Virus record (IMG/VR): IMGVR_UViG_3300028048_000045
Coordinates: 64,001-128,000 of that record
DNA length: 64,000 nt
Strand: one strand, 5' to 3'
From: a virus
Taxonomy: Duplodnaviria; Caudoviricetes
Within the stretch, counting starts at the first letter, position 1, and each line of letters starts with the position of its first letter. The position numbers and the translations under genes were made by a program. Shown here piece after piece: positions 10,840 through 21,234 of the stretch. The notes under the pieces were generated by a model, which made no database searches, was not told the DNA's origin, and saw only the letters and a program-made list of their open reading frames with translations.

Positions 10840-12318
10840 ATGAAATTAAGTGAAATTTTAAAACTTAATGATGATCAGTTCGATAAACAGTTGGATATGT
10901 TTGATGCTATTCCAAAATCTAGAGTTCTTTCTAAATCTGAAGAACATGAACTCAGAAAAAGTTTAATCGAATATGAACATACATTGAATAAATGTGTAGA
11001 TGGAAAAATTATTTCATCTGAATTGAGACCAATTGTTGATGAATTCGAAGCGGCTAATTACAGTCTTGATGGGTTAAAACCTCATGTAAGAAATTCTCTT
11101 CAGAATACTTATGAAGAATTAAAATATTGTATCGAAAACGATCCTAAAACTTTCAAACATTCTTCTGCTAAATTGTATTGTGATCTTTATGAAATGTTTA
11201 AGTTAAATAAAGCATCAGAAGCAATTAATCGTTTGAAGAAGACTAAGTTCTTTAAGAGTAGTAAACTCTCTAAAGAATCATTCTCAATTGAATCTTTGGA
11301 AAATTATCTCGCAGAAAATGGTCAATTAAGATCTACTGAAGGATTTATTGATAATTTCTTTACAAAACTTCTTCATAAATCTCAGATACCTGCTGCGTCA
11401 GATTCGATTCAATACGGAATGTTCTTAGTATCAATCGTTTTGGTACTTATAACTATTTCAATTATTGCCCTCTGTATTATCAATGCACAGTATCGTGCTG
11501 AATTGGTTAAAATTCTTGATAAATTGTCAGATGATGATGTTAAACTTAAAGGAGCTTTAAAAACACGTCAAGATAATGTTAAAGAAGCTGCTCTAGCTAT
11601 GGAACAGAATATGCCTAATTTAACAAAACAGACTATTGTAAAAGCTTCTAAATATAGCATTAGACAGATAAATCAGCTTTCTAAAGCAGATTATTCTGCT
11701 CTTGATAAATCTGTAGAAGAATTTAATCAAGAATGTAATGATATTGTAGCACAGTCTGAAGAAGGTGCAATTGAAGATAAAATTATCCAAATTGCTCAGC
11801 CGCTTTATGATAAATTTATCACATTTGCTGCTAAATATAAAACTGCTATTATTGCAGTTGGTATGATTATTGCAGCTGTTAAGGTTGGTATTCCATTACT
11901 TCGCGCTTGTATTTATCAATTCAAGAGCTGGCGTATAAGAATGAGTACATTCTTTGAAGAGCAGGTAGAGACAACTAATGCTAACATTGAATATCTTATC
12001 GAACTTCGTGATAAACCTACAACCTCTCAAATGGAAAAAGATCGCTTAAATAAGATCATCCAGAAACAGAGAGTTTGGATTAAGAATATGACAGCTTGGG
12101 CTAACATGTTCTATAAATCAGAAGTAGATGCAAGTTCTGATACTATGTACGAAATCCGTCAAGATGAAAAGATTGATTTCGATAAATTAGCATATGATCA
12201 GGAATCAGCTGAAGAATCATCTAATGATGAACTTTCTGGTACAGCTACTACTGATGATACAACTATAGATATTGAAACTGAACCAGTTCCAACAAATAAA
12301 CCTGTAGTTTTATTCTAA
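10840..12318 (+). CDS. Virion inner-head protein with two hydrophobic helices
   Basis: SKE/SIE/SLE/STE cluster followed by hydrophobic MFLVSIVLVLITISIIALCII; SEE site followed by AIIAVGMIIAAVKVGIPLL. Confidence 0.5.
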   Translation: MKLSEILKLNDDQFDKQLDMFDAIPKSRVLSKSEEHELRKSLIEYEHTLNKCVDGKIISSELRPIVDEFEAANYSLDGLKPHVRNSLQNTYEELKYCIENDPKTFKHSSAKLYCDLYEMFKLNKASEAINRLKKTKFFKSSKLSKESFSIESLENYLAENGQLRSTEGFIDNFFTKLLHKSQIPAASDSIQYGMFLVSIVLVLITISIIALCIINAQYRAELVKILDKLSDDDVKLKGALKTRQDNVKEAALAMEQNMPNLTKQTIVKASKYSIRQINQLSKADYSALDKSVEEFNQECNDIVAQSEEGAIEDKIIQIAQPLYDKFITFAAKYKTAIIAVGMIIAAVKVGIPLLRACIYQFKSWRIRMSTFFEEQVETTNANIEYLIELRDKPTTSQMEKDRLNKIIQKQRVWIKNMTAWANMFYKSEVDASSDTMYEIRQDEKIDFDKLAYDQESAEESSNDELSGTATTDDTTIDIETEPVPTNKPVVLF

Positions 12319-12329
12319 ACCACATATTA

Positions 12330-12356
12330 AATGGTAGACACTAAGTGTCTACCATT
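12330..12356 (+). terminator. Intrinsic terminator
   Basis: 12-bp stem aatggtagacac-taa-gtgtctaccatt followed by a T-rich run. Confidence 0.8.
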
Positions 12357-12370
12357 ATTTTTATATTAGT

Positions 12371-12383
12371 AACAATAGAATAT
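12371..12383 (+). promoter_or_regulatory. Late-type promoter motif AACA-N6-TAT
   Basis: AACA ATAGAA TAT directly after the terminator. Confidence 0.6.
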
Positions 12384-12518
12384 AATATTTTCCGGAAGAA
12401 GATGACAGGTTTCGCAAAACTTAGTATTAAGCCGTCAGACCACTTAATCTTTGTTTAAAAAGAAATACAATCTTCGATGCTCAATTTAAATAATTTTTTC
12501 CTTAAGGAGAAAAACAAA

Positions 12519-13859
12519 ATGGCTAATTACCACGAATTCAGTATCGAATCTGCTATCATGCCTTCAACAACACGTAGATCTGTTAAGATCGAAGGTGTTA
12601 ACAATGTAAAGAAGATCTTCGCAGATCCTTCTAAATCTACAGAAGCATTTATCACAGGTGCTATTGCAGATACAGGCGCAGCAGACCGCAATATTATGTA
12701 CGTAAACAAAACCCTCGGTGCTCTCAGTGATCGTCTTCAGACAGCTGCTAAGATTGCAAAATCTGTAAACACTGCTAAAGACAGAGGAGTAGAGGGATTC
12801 CAGTCAGTTGAATACCTCAATCCTTGGGAGTATGCAATTGAAGGAAAAGCTTCAGAATTCTTCAAGAAAGTTTGGGAAGCAATCAAGACAACTTGCCGCA
12901 AGATCATTGCAGCAATCGCTAACGCTATCAAATGGTTGTCAAACCAGATCCAGTCAGCTTTCACAAAAGCTCAGGTTAAGGATTACAACTATTACAAAGC
13001 TAACAAAGCTACTCTTGGTGCTGTTGCTAAGAAATCTAAGTCAACTGTAAAATCTATTGAATGGGTACCTGCAAGTGAATTCTCTAAGGTTCTCGCTAAG
13101 TTCAATGGTGAATACATGAAGGTTGTACGTTCTAAGTCAGCTGACATGGCTACAGTTGAAAAGATCGGTAACATGGATGCTTCTTTGCTTACTGATCCTA
13201 CTAAGTTTGGAAAGATCTTCTCAGAAGCTAATGCTGGCTTACATTTGGGAAGCTCTGCTGAATCTAACTTCAAAGGATTCCGCACAGTATTCCAGAAGAT
13301 GATCGACTCTATCAATAAAGAACTTGAAGATGTAACTACAAGTGCTTTCGGTAGAGCTCAGGAAGGAAAACAGAATGCACATTCTGTAGTTTACGGTAAA
13401 CTCGCTAAGGGTGATACTGTAAAAGATATCGCTGTTTCTAAACTTTGCTCACTTTCTGGTGACTTCTCAATTCTTTCAGATTCATGGATGGCAGACAATG
13501 TTAAGTCTTATGTAACTCTCTGTAACGAAAGTATGAAAACTTTCACACAGTATACAAAGGCTATTGACAAAGTTGCTGCAGCTTTTGATCGCGCTGTTGC
13601 TAAAACAGGTGAAGAGAACGCTAAGATTTCTTCACTTTCACAGCTTACATCACAGCTCTGTAACACACGTTGTCGCTACAACTCATACATGAACTCTATC
13701 TTGCTTGAAGTTGAATCTGCAGCTCTCCGCTATCGCCGTTCAGCTCATAACGCTCTCAAAGCTGTTATTGCTGAAGTAAAGGGTGGTCCAGCTAAAGCTG
13801 CTAAAGCTAAGGCAACAGAATCTTATCAGTCAGTAGAATCACTTTTTGTTTTTGACTAA
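12519..13859 (+). CDS. Abundant inner-head protein (phiKZ internal head protein-like family)
   Basis: Start moved to the ATG at 12519 (aaggag RBS). SIE/STE/SVE/AIE sites precede amphipathic FFKKVWEAIK...IIAAIANAIKW. Strongly biased, high-expression codon usage. Confidence 0.65.
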   Translation: MANYHEFSIESAIMPSTTRRSVKIEGVNNVKKIFADPSKSTEAFITGAIADTGAADRNIMYVNKTLGALSDRLQTAAKIAKSVNTAKDRGVEGFQSVEYLNPWEYAIEGKASEFFKKVWEAIKTTCRKIIAAIANAIKWLSNQIQSAFTKAQVKDYNYYKANKATLGAVAKKSKSTVKSIEWVPASEFSKVLAKFNGEYMKVVRSKSADMATVEKIGNMDASLLTDPTKFGKIFSEANAGLHLGSSAESNFKGFRTVFQKMIDSINKELEDVTTSAFGRAQEGKQNAHSVVYGKLAKGDTVKDIAVSKLCSLSGDFSILSDSWMADNVKSYVTLCNESMKTFTQYTKAIDKVAAAFDRAVAKTGEENAKISSLSQLTSQLCNTRCRYNSYMNSILLEVESAALRYRRSAHNALKAVIAEVKGGPAKAAKAKATESYQSVESLFVFD

Positions 13860-13884
13860 TTGATAATCTGGTTGGATTATGTAG

Positions 13885-13912
13885 TAAAGATGGACCTTCG
13901 GGTCCATCTTTA
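13885..13912 (+). terminator. Intrinsic terminator with cUUCGg loop
   Basis: taaagatggacc-ttcg-ggtccatcttta. Confidence 0.85.
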
Positions 13913-13970
13913 TATTTATTTTCGCCTTCTATTCGAAAACATTATTATATATCTTAATATGGTGAAAAAT

Positions 13971-15563
13971 ATGGAACCGAACTTTGATGAACTAACACAA
14001 ATCGGTATGGAATTCACATTACCGAGAGTTAATAATCGTCAAGCGACGAAAGAAGAAATAAAACATCTTAGAGAAAACATTAATGATGATATTAAAAAGA
14101 CTGAAGAAAAAATGATTTCCATAGTTATGAAACCTGATCCAGATTATGTAAATCCAGATCCTACAGGAAATGAAATAGCTGAAGGTATGGAATCATATGA
14201 ATTTTCAGTTGAGGATGAAATTATTAATGGGTTCAATGATGAAAAATATCAACAAGAAATCATTCAACTTATTAATACTATTAATAATCACATTAGTATT
14301 TGTCAAAATGAATTAATAAAGATCGATAAATCTTTAGAACTTAAAGATAAAGAAGTTGTAAATTCTATTTTCAATAAAGTTGTAAAGAACTTAAAATCTA
14401 CTATTTGTACACATTATATGTATCGTGATACTGGTAGTAAGATTGGAGCATTACTTAAAATATGTGACCAAGTTTTTAACGGATTATCTGAATTAAATCT
14501 GGAAAAATTTGATACTTATTTGAATTTTTTCGACAATTTAGATACATCTTGGTTGTTTACTAAAGAAATGTATGGATATCTAAATAATAAAGATATGAAC
14601 AGTTTCTTTACAAATCTTGAAAAATATTCTGTAGCTTATATAACTACTAGACTTGAGAAATATAGCGGGTTAATTATAAATGAAAAAGAAGTACCTTTGA
14701 TTTCAGTTCTTGCTAATCCTAATAATATAATTAGTAATTGGAAAGAATGTAATCACAATATTGGTAATATGATTTCTACTATTAAAATAAAATCTGTTAC
14801 TAATATACCTAATGCCGAATACGCATGTGTGTTTGTAAAATTTATTTTTTCATTATTATCTGCTTTCTTTAGAATAGTTTTAAATGTAAGTGAAGATATT
14901 CAAGCTATTATGAATAAAATAGAACCTACAGGATTAAATAAACCCGTACCTGGTTTTTTAATTGATAATCTTGAAGAAAAAGATCCTTGGATTGTAACGG
15001 ACTATCATTTGTTGAAAGAATTTAAACACGGATCTACAGATACAACAAGAACTGAAAATATTATCAAAATGCATAACAGTGTTATAAAACCTAATGATTT
15101 AGTTTTATTCGAAGGTGATATAACTGAAGAAGAGTATTTTGATATGAATATTATTAAGTATATTAAAATGGTTTCTAATCTTGTTAAAAAGCTTAATGGT
15201 CATAAAATTATGATTATGGGTAATAATGATTCAGGAACTAAGGATATGTATCTTAAAATGGGTTTTGAAGAAGTATATGATAGACCATTACTTGGTAAGA
15301 AATATTTATTCTCTCATGAACCTCAAATTATGACTAAGTATCCTGGAATTTTAAATATACACGGTCATATTCATGGTAGTAAAAAATATTACAACATGGA
15401 TGCTAAGAACCATTTGGATTCATATTATGGTCTTTATGGTAAACCTATGAAATTGTCAGAACTTGTAAAGTATTACAATTCTGGTAAATATAATGACGTT
15501 GAAGGCAATATCAAAAATGATTGGAAAGAACCTATTGATGTTGAACCTATCAAGATAAATTAA
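13971..15563 (+). CDS. Head-protein-like N-terminus fused to a calcineurin-like metallophosphoesterase
   Basis: Start probably 13971 (ggtga RBS; late motif at 13938-13950). C-terminal DYH / GD / GNND / SHEP / HGHIH motifs; N-terminal GME, SYE and SVE sites. Confidence 0.7.
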   Translation: MEPNFDELTQIGMEFTLPRVNNRQATKEEIKHLRENINDDIKKTEEKMISIVMKPDPDYVNPDPTGNEIAEGMESYEFSVEDEIINGFNDEKYQQEIIQLINTINNHISICQNELIKIDKSLELKDKEVVNSIFNKVVKNLKSTICTHYMYRDTGSKIGALLKICDQVFNGLSELNLEKFDTYLNFFDNLDTSWLFTKEMYGYLNNKDMNSFFTNLEKYSVAYITTRLEKYSGLIINEKEVPLISVLANPNNIISNWKECNHNIGNMISTIKIKSVTNIPNAEYACVFVKFIFSLLSAFFRIVLNVSEDIQAIMNKIEPTGLNKPVPGFLIDNLEEKDPWIVTDYHLLKEFKHGSTDTTRTENIIKMHNSVIKPNDLVLFEGDITEEEYFDMNIIKYIKMVSNLVKKLNGHKIMIMGNNDSGTKDMYLKMGFEEVYDRPLLGKKYLFSHEPQIMTKYPGILNIHGHIHGSKKYYNMDAKNHLDSYYGLYGKPMKLSELVKYYNSGKYNDVEGNIKNDWKEPIDVEPIKIN

Positions 15564-15577
15564 GGAGATATAAATCT

Positions 15578-17017
15578 ATGACAGATTTACATTCTATAGA
15601 AAAACTTCGTAGAGAAGAACTCTCTTATAATGAAAAACAGAAAATCTTCAATTTAAGTTATGAATCTTATTTTGGAGAATCTGTTGAAAATCTTTTGAAG
15701 TGTGATTCACTCGATAAAGATATTTTCAAAGTTACTACTGATTATGAAACAACTGCTAAAATGTTGAAAGGTAAATATGCTAATTCTACAGAAGCTGAAG
15801 AACAGGATGAGATGAAAATTTCATTTGGTGCTAATGTAAAATTGTGGTTTACTAAAGTTTGGGCATTTATCGTAAGTATTTTCCAAAACATCACATATTC
15901 AATTGTAAATATGATTAAAGCACTTATTTTGTATATTCAGAAGAAACGTACAGTAAGTCAATCTATTTATAAAAGAATTAATGATATGTACTTCAGTAAT
16001 TCTAATGGTTTCCATACTCATGCTGATGATCGTTTTGGAACATTAGCTTCAGATCCTAATTATTATTCTGTAAAAACAAAAGATATTGGCGGATCTGGTA
16101 AAGGCATGACATTTAGTGATATTCATGCTAGAATCAATGATGCTAATCTTCATTGGTTCATTTATGATAACAAAATTATTTTACAGAATAAAAAATCTTT
16201 ATTCAACTTGGATACACTTAAACAATTTGCTACTAGTGATCTTGCTAAAGAAAGTTCTGAAGAATCTTTAGCAACACTTGAACAAAATGTTGGAATCTTA
16301 GCTGCACAAGGAATTATTGCTGGAGAAGTTTCAGCAAACTTCAATGCTAACACTAATAAATATATTGAACTCATCAAGAATGGTAATAAACCTAAAGTTA
16401 TTGCAGATTTAATGATTTATGGTTCAGCTGAAATTTCAAATGTTTCAATCCCTACAACAGAATTTTTAGGAATTGATAGAAATTCTTCAGCAAGTGTTAC
16501 TAAACTTTTAAGAATGTATCTTGATGATTCAAGAAAAATTATTGGTAAGGGTGGATATATCGACGTTCTTACTGAAATTCTTAAAAAGTATAAAGATATC
16601 GCTGCTAAGGATTCTAAAGTAATTAAAGAAATTTCTGACTATATTAATAGTCAACTTGTTACTTATGCTGAAAATCCACAAATTATTGGTAAATTTAAAA
16701 GATTTACTAATATGATGGTTAGTATTAAATCTGTAAAAACAAAGTTTGTTGCATTACGTCAAGGAATTATCGGAAACCTTCTTACTATGTATTCTATTAT
16801 GGATTATGGTATTAATCAATTAATCGGTGCTTCTGATGAAATGAAACCTATTCAGAATGGTAAGAATACAGTTATTGTAACTGATACAGGAACTTATAAT
16901 TCTAATCGTAACCAAAAATCTAAAGATTTAACTGGTAAAGATGGTGATATTATCTCTAATATTACTAAACCTGTAGAAGATCTTTATGAAGAAGGTGACG
17001 AAAGTCTTAAAAATTAA
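15578..17017 (+). CDS. Inner-head protein paralog
   Basis: SYE/SVE/STE propeptide followed by WFTKVWAFIVSIFQNI helix; aaggag RBS. Confidence 0.6.
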   Translation: MTDLHSIEKLRREELSYNEKQKIFNLSYESYFGESVENLLKCDSLDKDIFKVTTDYETTAKMLKGKYANSTEAEEQDEMKISFGANVKLWFTKVWAFIVSIFQNITYSIVNMIKALILYIQKKRTVSQSIYKRINDMYFSNSNGFHTHADDRFGTLASDPNYYSVKTKDIGGSGKGMTFSDIHARINDANLHWFIYDNKIILQNKKSLFNLDTLKQFATSDLAKESSEESLATLEQNVGILAAQGIIAGEVSANFNANTNKYIELIKNGNKPKVIADLMIYGSAEISNVSIPTTEFLGIDRNSSASVTKLLRMYLDDSRKIIGKGGYIDVLTEILKKYKDIAAKDSKVIKEISDYINSQLVTYAENPQIIGKFKRFTNMMVSIKSVKTKFVALRQGIIGNLLTMYSIMDYGINQLIGASDEMKPIQNGKNTVIVTDTGTYNSNRNQKSKDLTGKDGDIISNITKPVEDLYEEGDESLKN

Positions 17018-17104
17018 CAATTAAATATATGTTAGTATAAGTCTCGAGCTCATTGTCTTATACTAACAATTATAGATATCTATTATTATAAGGAGAATAT
17101 TCTC

Positions 17105-18931
17105 ATGGAAAATAACGAATTTGGAATGGAAGCCATTATCAGTAATGGTTTAGGCTTCTCAGATTCTCTTTTCAATACTAAGAAAACAAATTTCGATGGC
17201 GATTTTGATTCTATGAGTCTTGAAATAGCTTCTACAGAAAACCTTGTAAATTTTGCTGAAACATATAATCAACTTGATGCATATAATGCTGATCAGAAGA
17301 TTAGAATGTTGAAGAAACTTCATGTACATACAAATAATGTGCCTGGAAATTATGGTAAATCTGTAGAAAAATTTATTGTTGAACAGTCTCTTGAAGAGGC
17401 CGCTACTAAAGAAGCTGCTGGAGAAACATCTGGTGCTAATCCTGCTAAACTTCCTAATGGAGCTATTGGTAAACAACGCGATGGCTTTATTGCTAAAGTT
17501 TGGCAAACACTTAAAGATTTATTCTTTAAAATCGTAGATTGGTTTAAAAAGAAACTTCAGTGGATTGCTGATAAAATTGGTAAACGTCCAACTACATCAG
17601 AATCTATTCAGGCTCTTTCTTCATGTACAAGTGAAGAAGCTAAAGATATTTGGGATACACTTCTTGAAAATGACATCGATGCTTCTACTAAATCAAGTGA
17701 ACAGGGTAAAGTAATTTGTATTTCTGCTAACGCTATTAACAAATTTGCTGCAAATGTAGAAAAATTTGATATGGTTGGTCGTAGACTTATTGCTTGTTCT
17801 CAGACTGTTGAAAAACAGGGTGGATATTTAGCAGCTAATAAAGACTCAAATCTTTCATATAATGATATTATTTCCAATGTTAATGGAATTAAATCACAGT
17901 TAGCTGAATTTATTCCTGGTGGTAAACAGGTTCCTGAAACAATTCAGAAACTTACTAAGGAAGATATCACTAAGTTCAATAGACAATTTAAAGAATGTCT
18001 TTCTTATTTACAATGGGATCATGATCCTGAGGGTTATGCTAAATTATTCACAGGAACAAATCTTATTGCTAAAAAGGCTGGTGGAAATGCCGCATCTGTA
18101 GCTGCTGCTCAGTATGGTACTACAAATCCTGCTGAATTAAGAAAACTCATTCCTTCTTTAACAGAATCTTTAAAAACTATTGATTCTACATTGACTAAAT
18201 TACAGCACGATGTAACAGAAGCTGATAAAGCTTTTAATAGATATATTTCTCATAAAGATCGTAACATTGCTGATGGTAATGGAAACCTTAAAGAATATAA
18301 AGGTGGAGATGAAAATTACGCTAATGCTATTATCGTATATCAGTTTGCTACTACAACAATGACTTGTTTCAAAATGTTGAATAAGTTAATTCAAGTAGCT
18401 GTTACAGTTTATAAGAAAATGGATGATGAATTGGTTAAATTGACAAACGTTCTTGATAAAGCTGCTAAAGCTAAAAAAGAACGCAAATGGTTCCAATTCA
18501 AAAAGAAAGATCGTGATGCTAAGAAATCTAACGATACTCTCAAAGAAGCAGGTCTTGATACCGAAAATGAAGAAGAAGTAGATAAGAGAAATGCTAATTG
18601 GGACAAACTCGAAAAGTTTGAAAAAGGTGCTAAGGCTGCTGGAAAAGCTATTGGTAACGGTGCTCAGAAATTTGGTAAAACTAAACCTGGTACTGGTATC
18701 AGAAATGCCGCTGATGCTATAGCATCTGGTGTTAAATCTACCGCTCAAGATCTTTTAGGCAGAGATAAAGAAGCTGCTAATACTAGAAAGAATTTGGAAA
18801 AACGTATCAATAAACGTGAAGCCAATGCTGAAAAACGTGCTAACGCTGCAGCTAATTCTAGAATGGCTAAAGATAATGCTAGAACTAAAACTACAGAATC
18901 TTGGCTGCTTGATCCTGAGAATTATATCTAA
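17105..18931 (+). CDS. Inner-head protein paralog
   Basis: GME/SLE/STE/SVE/SLE propeptide followed by FIAKVWQTLKDLFFKIVDWF; late motif at 17016-17028; aaggag RBS. Confidence 0.65.
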   Translation: MENNEFGMEAIISNGLGFSDSLFNTKKTNFDGDFDSMSLEIASTENLVNFAETYNQLDAYNADQKIRMLKKLHVHTNNVPGNYGKSVEKFIVEQSLEEAATKEAAGETSGANPAKLPNGAIGKQRDGFIAKVWQTLKDLFFKIVDWFKKKLQWIADKIGKRPTTSESIQALSSCTSEEAKDIWDTLLENDIDASTKSSEQGKVICISANAINKFAANVEKFDMVGRRLIACSQTVEKQGGYLAANKDSNLSYNDIISNVNGIKSQLAEFIPGGKQVPETIQKLTKEDITKFNRQFKECLSYLQWDHDPEGYAKLFTGTNLIAKKAGGNAASVAAAQYGTTNPAELRKLIPSLTESLKTIDSTLTKLQHDVTEADKAFNRYISHKDRNIADGNGNLKEYKGGDENYANAIIVYQFATTTMTCFKMLNKLIQVAVTVYKKMDDELVKLTNVLDKAAKAKKERKWFQFKKKDRDAKKSNDTLKEAGLDTENEEEVDKRNANWDKLEKFEKGAKAAGKAIGNGAQKFGKTKPGTGIRNAADAIASGVKSTAQDLLGRDKEAANTRKNLEKRINKREANAEKRANAAANSRMAKDNARTKTTESWLLDPENYI

Positions 18932-18940
18932 TATTTCTTA

Positions 18941-18970
18941 TAAAGATCCTGGGTTTATCCAGGATCTTTA
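18941..18970 (+). terminator. Intrinsic terminator
   Basis: taaagatcctgg...ccaggatcttta followed by a T run. Confidence 0.8.
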
Positions 18971-19009
18971 TTTTTTACAATTTTACATCATTATATAGGA
19001 AGTTTAACA

Positions 19010-19789
19010 ATGAGAGACGATGATATTAACTTAAAAATGAAAGTTGATCCTAATTTGAAAGATGATACTGTCTTACAAATGGGTGAAAATCAAGTAACTT
19101 ATGGTGAACTTAAAGATATGTATAAAGTTGTAAACCAAGAACCAATTAGATGTTTAATCTATTGGGATGACGTTTGTCAATATACTTCTTTAGGTTTAAT
19201 TGAAGTTATTAATGCTTTATTTAAAACTGATGCTAAAATTGATTTTGAACATTTCTTTACAAGACCAAATGACTATATCTATGGTATAGAATATGTTTAT
19301 AAAATCTTTGAAAATGTTTTAAAACCTCAAGAAATTGATAAAATAAAGCGTAAATATTATTGGAAAATAATGGAAATATCATTAAAAAGTATGGTATTTA
19401 ATTCTTCTGTAAGAATTAATAATTTTTATGAAAGAATTGGTTTTTATTTTCCTTACCATTTTAAAAATTCTGATATGCTTAGAGCAGGTTTTAAAGAAAC
19501 AATATTTACTAAGATTCCATTAGAAAATATCAGATTTTATTATGGTGAAACCGATGGTGGTTTCAATGATATTCTTAAGAAAGATGCTTATAATAGTGTA
19601 ATAACTCCAAATATTAAAGGAACTTACGAATACATTATTAATAATAATCTTAAGAAGATAGCTATTATTGGTCCTGAAGATCATAATGGTATGACTGAAG
19701 AAATTTATGAAGTATTGGAAAAATATAAAAAGCTTCCATTACCTAATTATTGTTCACTAAATGTATATTCTGAACAAATATACAAGTAA
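19010..19789 (+). CDS. Hypothetical protein (possibly degenerate HAD-like fold)
   Basis: 259-aa ORF; late motif TACA-N6-TAT at 18984-18996; LIYWDDV only weakly HAD-like. Confidence 0.35.
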   Translation: MRDDDINLKMKVDPNLKDDTVLQMGENQVTYGELKDMYKVVNQEPIRCLIYWDDVCQYTSLGLIEVINALFKTDAKIDFEHFFTRPNDYIYGIEYVYKIFENVLKPQEIDKIKRKYYWKIMEISLKSMVFNSSVRINNFYERIGFYFPYHFKNSDMLRAGFKETIFTKIPLENIRFYYGETDGGFNDILKKDAYNSVITPNIKGTYEYIINNNLKKIAIIGPEDHNGMTEEIYEVLEKYKKLPLPNYCSLNVYSEQIYK

Positions 19790-19825
19790 TTATGAACAAA
19801 ATAATATAATTTTAGGGAGTATCTT

Positions 19826-21139
19826 ATGGAAACAACTTCTTATAAAGACTTCCTATATTCTGTAGAAGCGGAAGTCGCAGAAAAAAAGAAACAGATTGAA
19901 AAACAAAATGTTTCTGCTTCTAAACCCGTAGAGAAAAATTCACATATGGTAGCTGCTAAGAAAGCTGAAAAGCCTTCTGTTTTTGATCAATTAAAAGAGT
20001 TACCAGGTAAAGTAGATAATCTAAATAAACGTTTTAAACTTTGGAAAAATCAAAGAAAGAATTTAGGTTTTTATAAACGTTATTTGGATAGAGTTGAAAG
20101 CGGGTTATATTCAAGATATGGATCAGATTCATATGTTTTTGAAAACGAAATGATTGATGATCCTGTAAATATTCTCAAAGGCCCAGCTCAAGAATATATT
20201 CGTGATATTGTGGCAGATGTAAATAAGCTGTTTAAACAAGTTTTGGATATGTCTAAGGCATTAGAAACTAAGACAACAGCTGAAGGTGCAATCTCTGTAG
20301 TAAACGGATATGTTAAAGAGTACATAGGTCAAAATATAAAAGGTCAGAAAGTTGACCAAAATAAACTTTCATGGCGAGATAAGATTCTCAATGCTACTAA
20401 ATTTAAAATTGCTAATATCTTATTAAGATATGGTAAACGTGAAGTTTATGGATACACTGCAAAAAATATGGTTTTAAAAGGATATCCTCCTGCAAATCAT
20501 TTAATTGTAACTATGTTTGTAAGTAATCCAGAAGAACATCCTTCTAGACGTTCTATAACTTCAGTATTTACTAGTCCTGAATCTTTCAGAATTCTCGCAG
20601 ATTCTGATAAACAAGATGTCTTCAGTGTAGTTGGTATGACTACTTCTGTCTTAAGTAAAACTGTAGACGGAAAAGTTATGAATGATATCAAATTATCAAA
20701 ATCAAATGCTATCAAAGAATTTAAAGCAAGCAATAATCCTAATAAATCTGATGAAGCTAAAATCATCGATTCTATATGGGATGGTATAAATGTTTCTTGT
20801 AAAGAATTACTTGGTAGAAAAAGTTATTTTATCGACTGTATCAATGTTTATTATGATATGATTCTTAGAATCGATCGTTTAGCAGTTTTAGCAATTAAAT
20901 CTATGCTTGATACTGAAAATGCTTCTCGAGATAAAGGTTATAAGAATGGTGCTCAGTATAAACGAGATACAAATGATTACCGTGATGGACAAGTTCAAAC
21001 TGCTACCGATAGACAAATTTCTAGACTAGAAGAAAAACATGCTGGTGCTAAAAATGGTAAAGTTTATCGAGAAGGTTTAAATTCTAATGCTCATCAGGTA
21101 AATGAAATTGCAAAAAAGGTTAACAAAATGAATAGATAA
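19826..21139 (+). CDS. Probable virion protein
   Basis: 437 aa; late motif at 19795-19807; SVE site at residues 12-14; lies within the inner-head array. Confidence 0.45.
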   Translation: METTSYKDFLYSVEAEVAEKKKQIEKQNVSASKPVEKNSHMVAAKKAEKPSVFDQLKELPGKVDNLNKRFKLWKNQRKNLGFYKRYLDRVESGLYSRYGSDSYVFENEMIDDPVNILKGPAQEYIRDIVADVNKLFKQVLDMSKALETKTTAEGAISVVNGYVKEYIGQNIKGQKVDQNKLSWRDKILNATKFKIANILLRYGKREVYGYTAKNMVLKGYPPANHLIVTMFVSNPEEHPSRRSITSVFTSPESFRILADSDKQDVFSVVGMTTSVLSKTVDGKVMNDIKLSKSNAIKEFKASNNPNKSDEAKIIDSIWDGINVSCKELLGRKSYFIDCINVYYDMILRIDRLAVLAIKSMLDTENASRDKGYKNGAQYKRDTNDYRDGQVQTATDRQISRLEEKHAGAKNGKVYREGLNSNAHQVNEIAKKVNKMNR

Positions 21140-21234
21140 CCTTTTATATAAATATGCCTTATCTTTATAAATGAAGTTTTCATTTATAAGATTTGTATAT
21201 ACAAATTTTTATTCCTTATAAGGAGAAACTAAAC

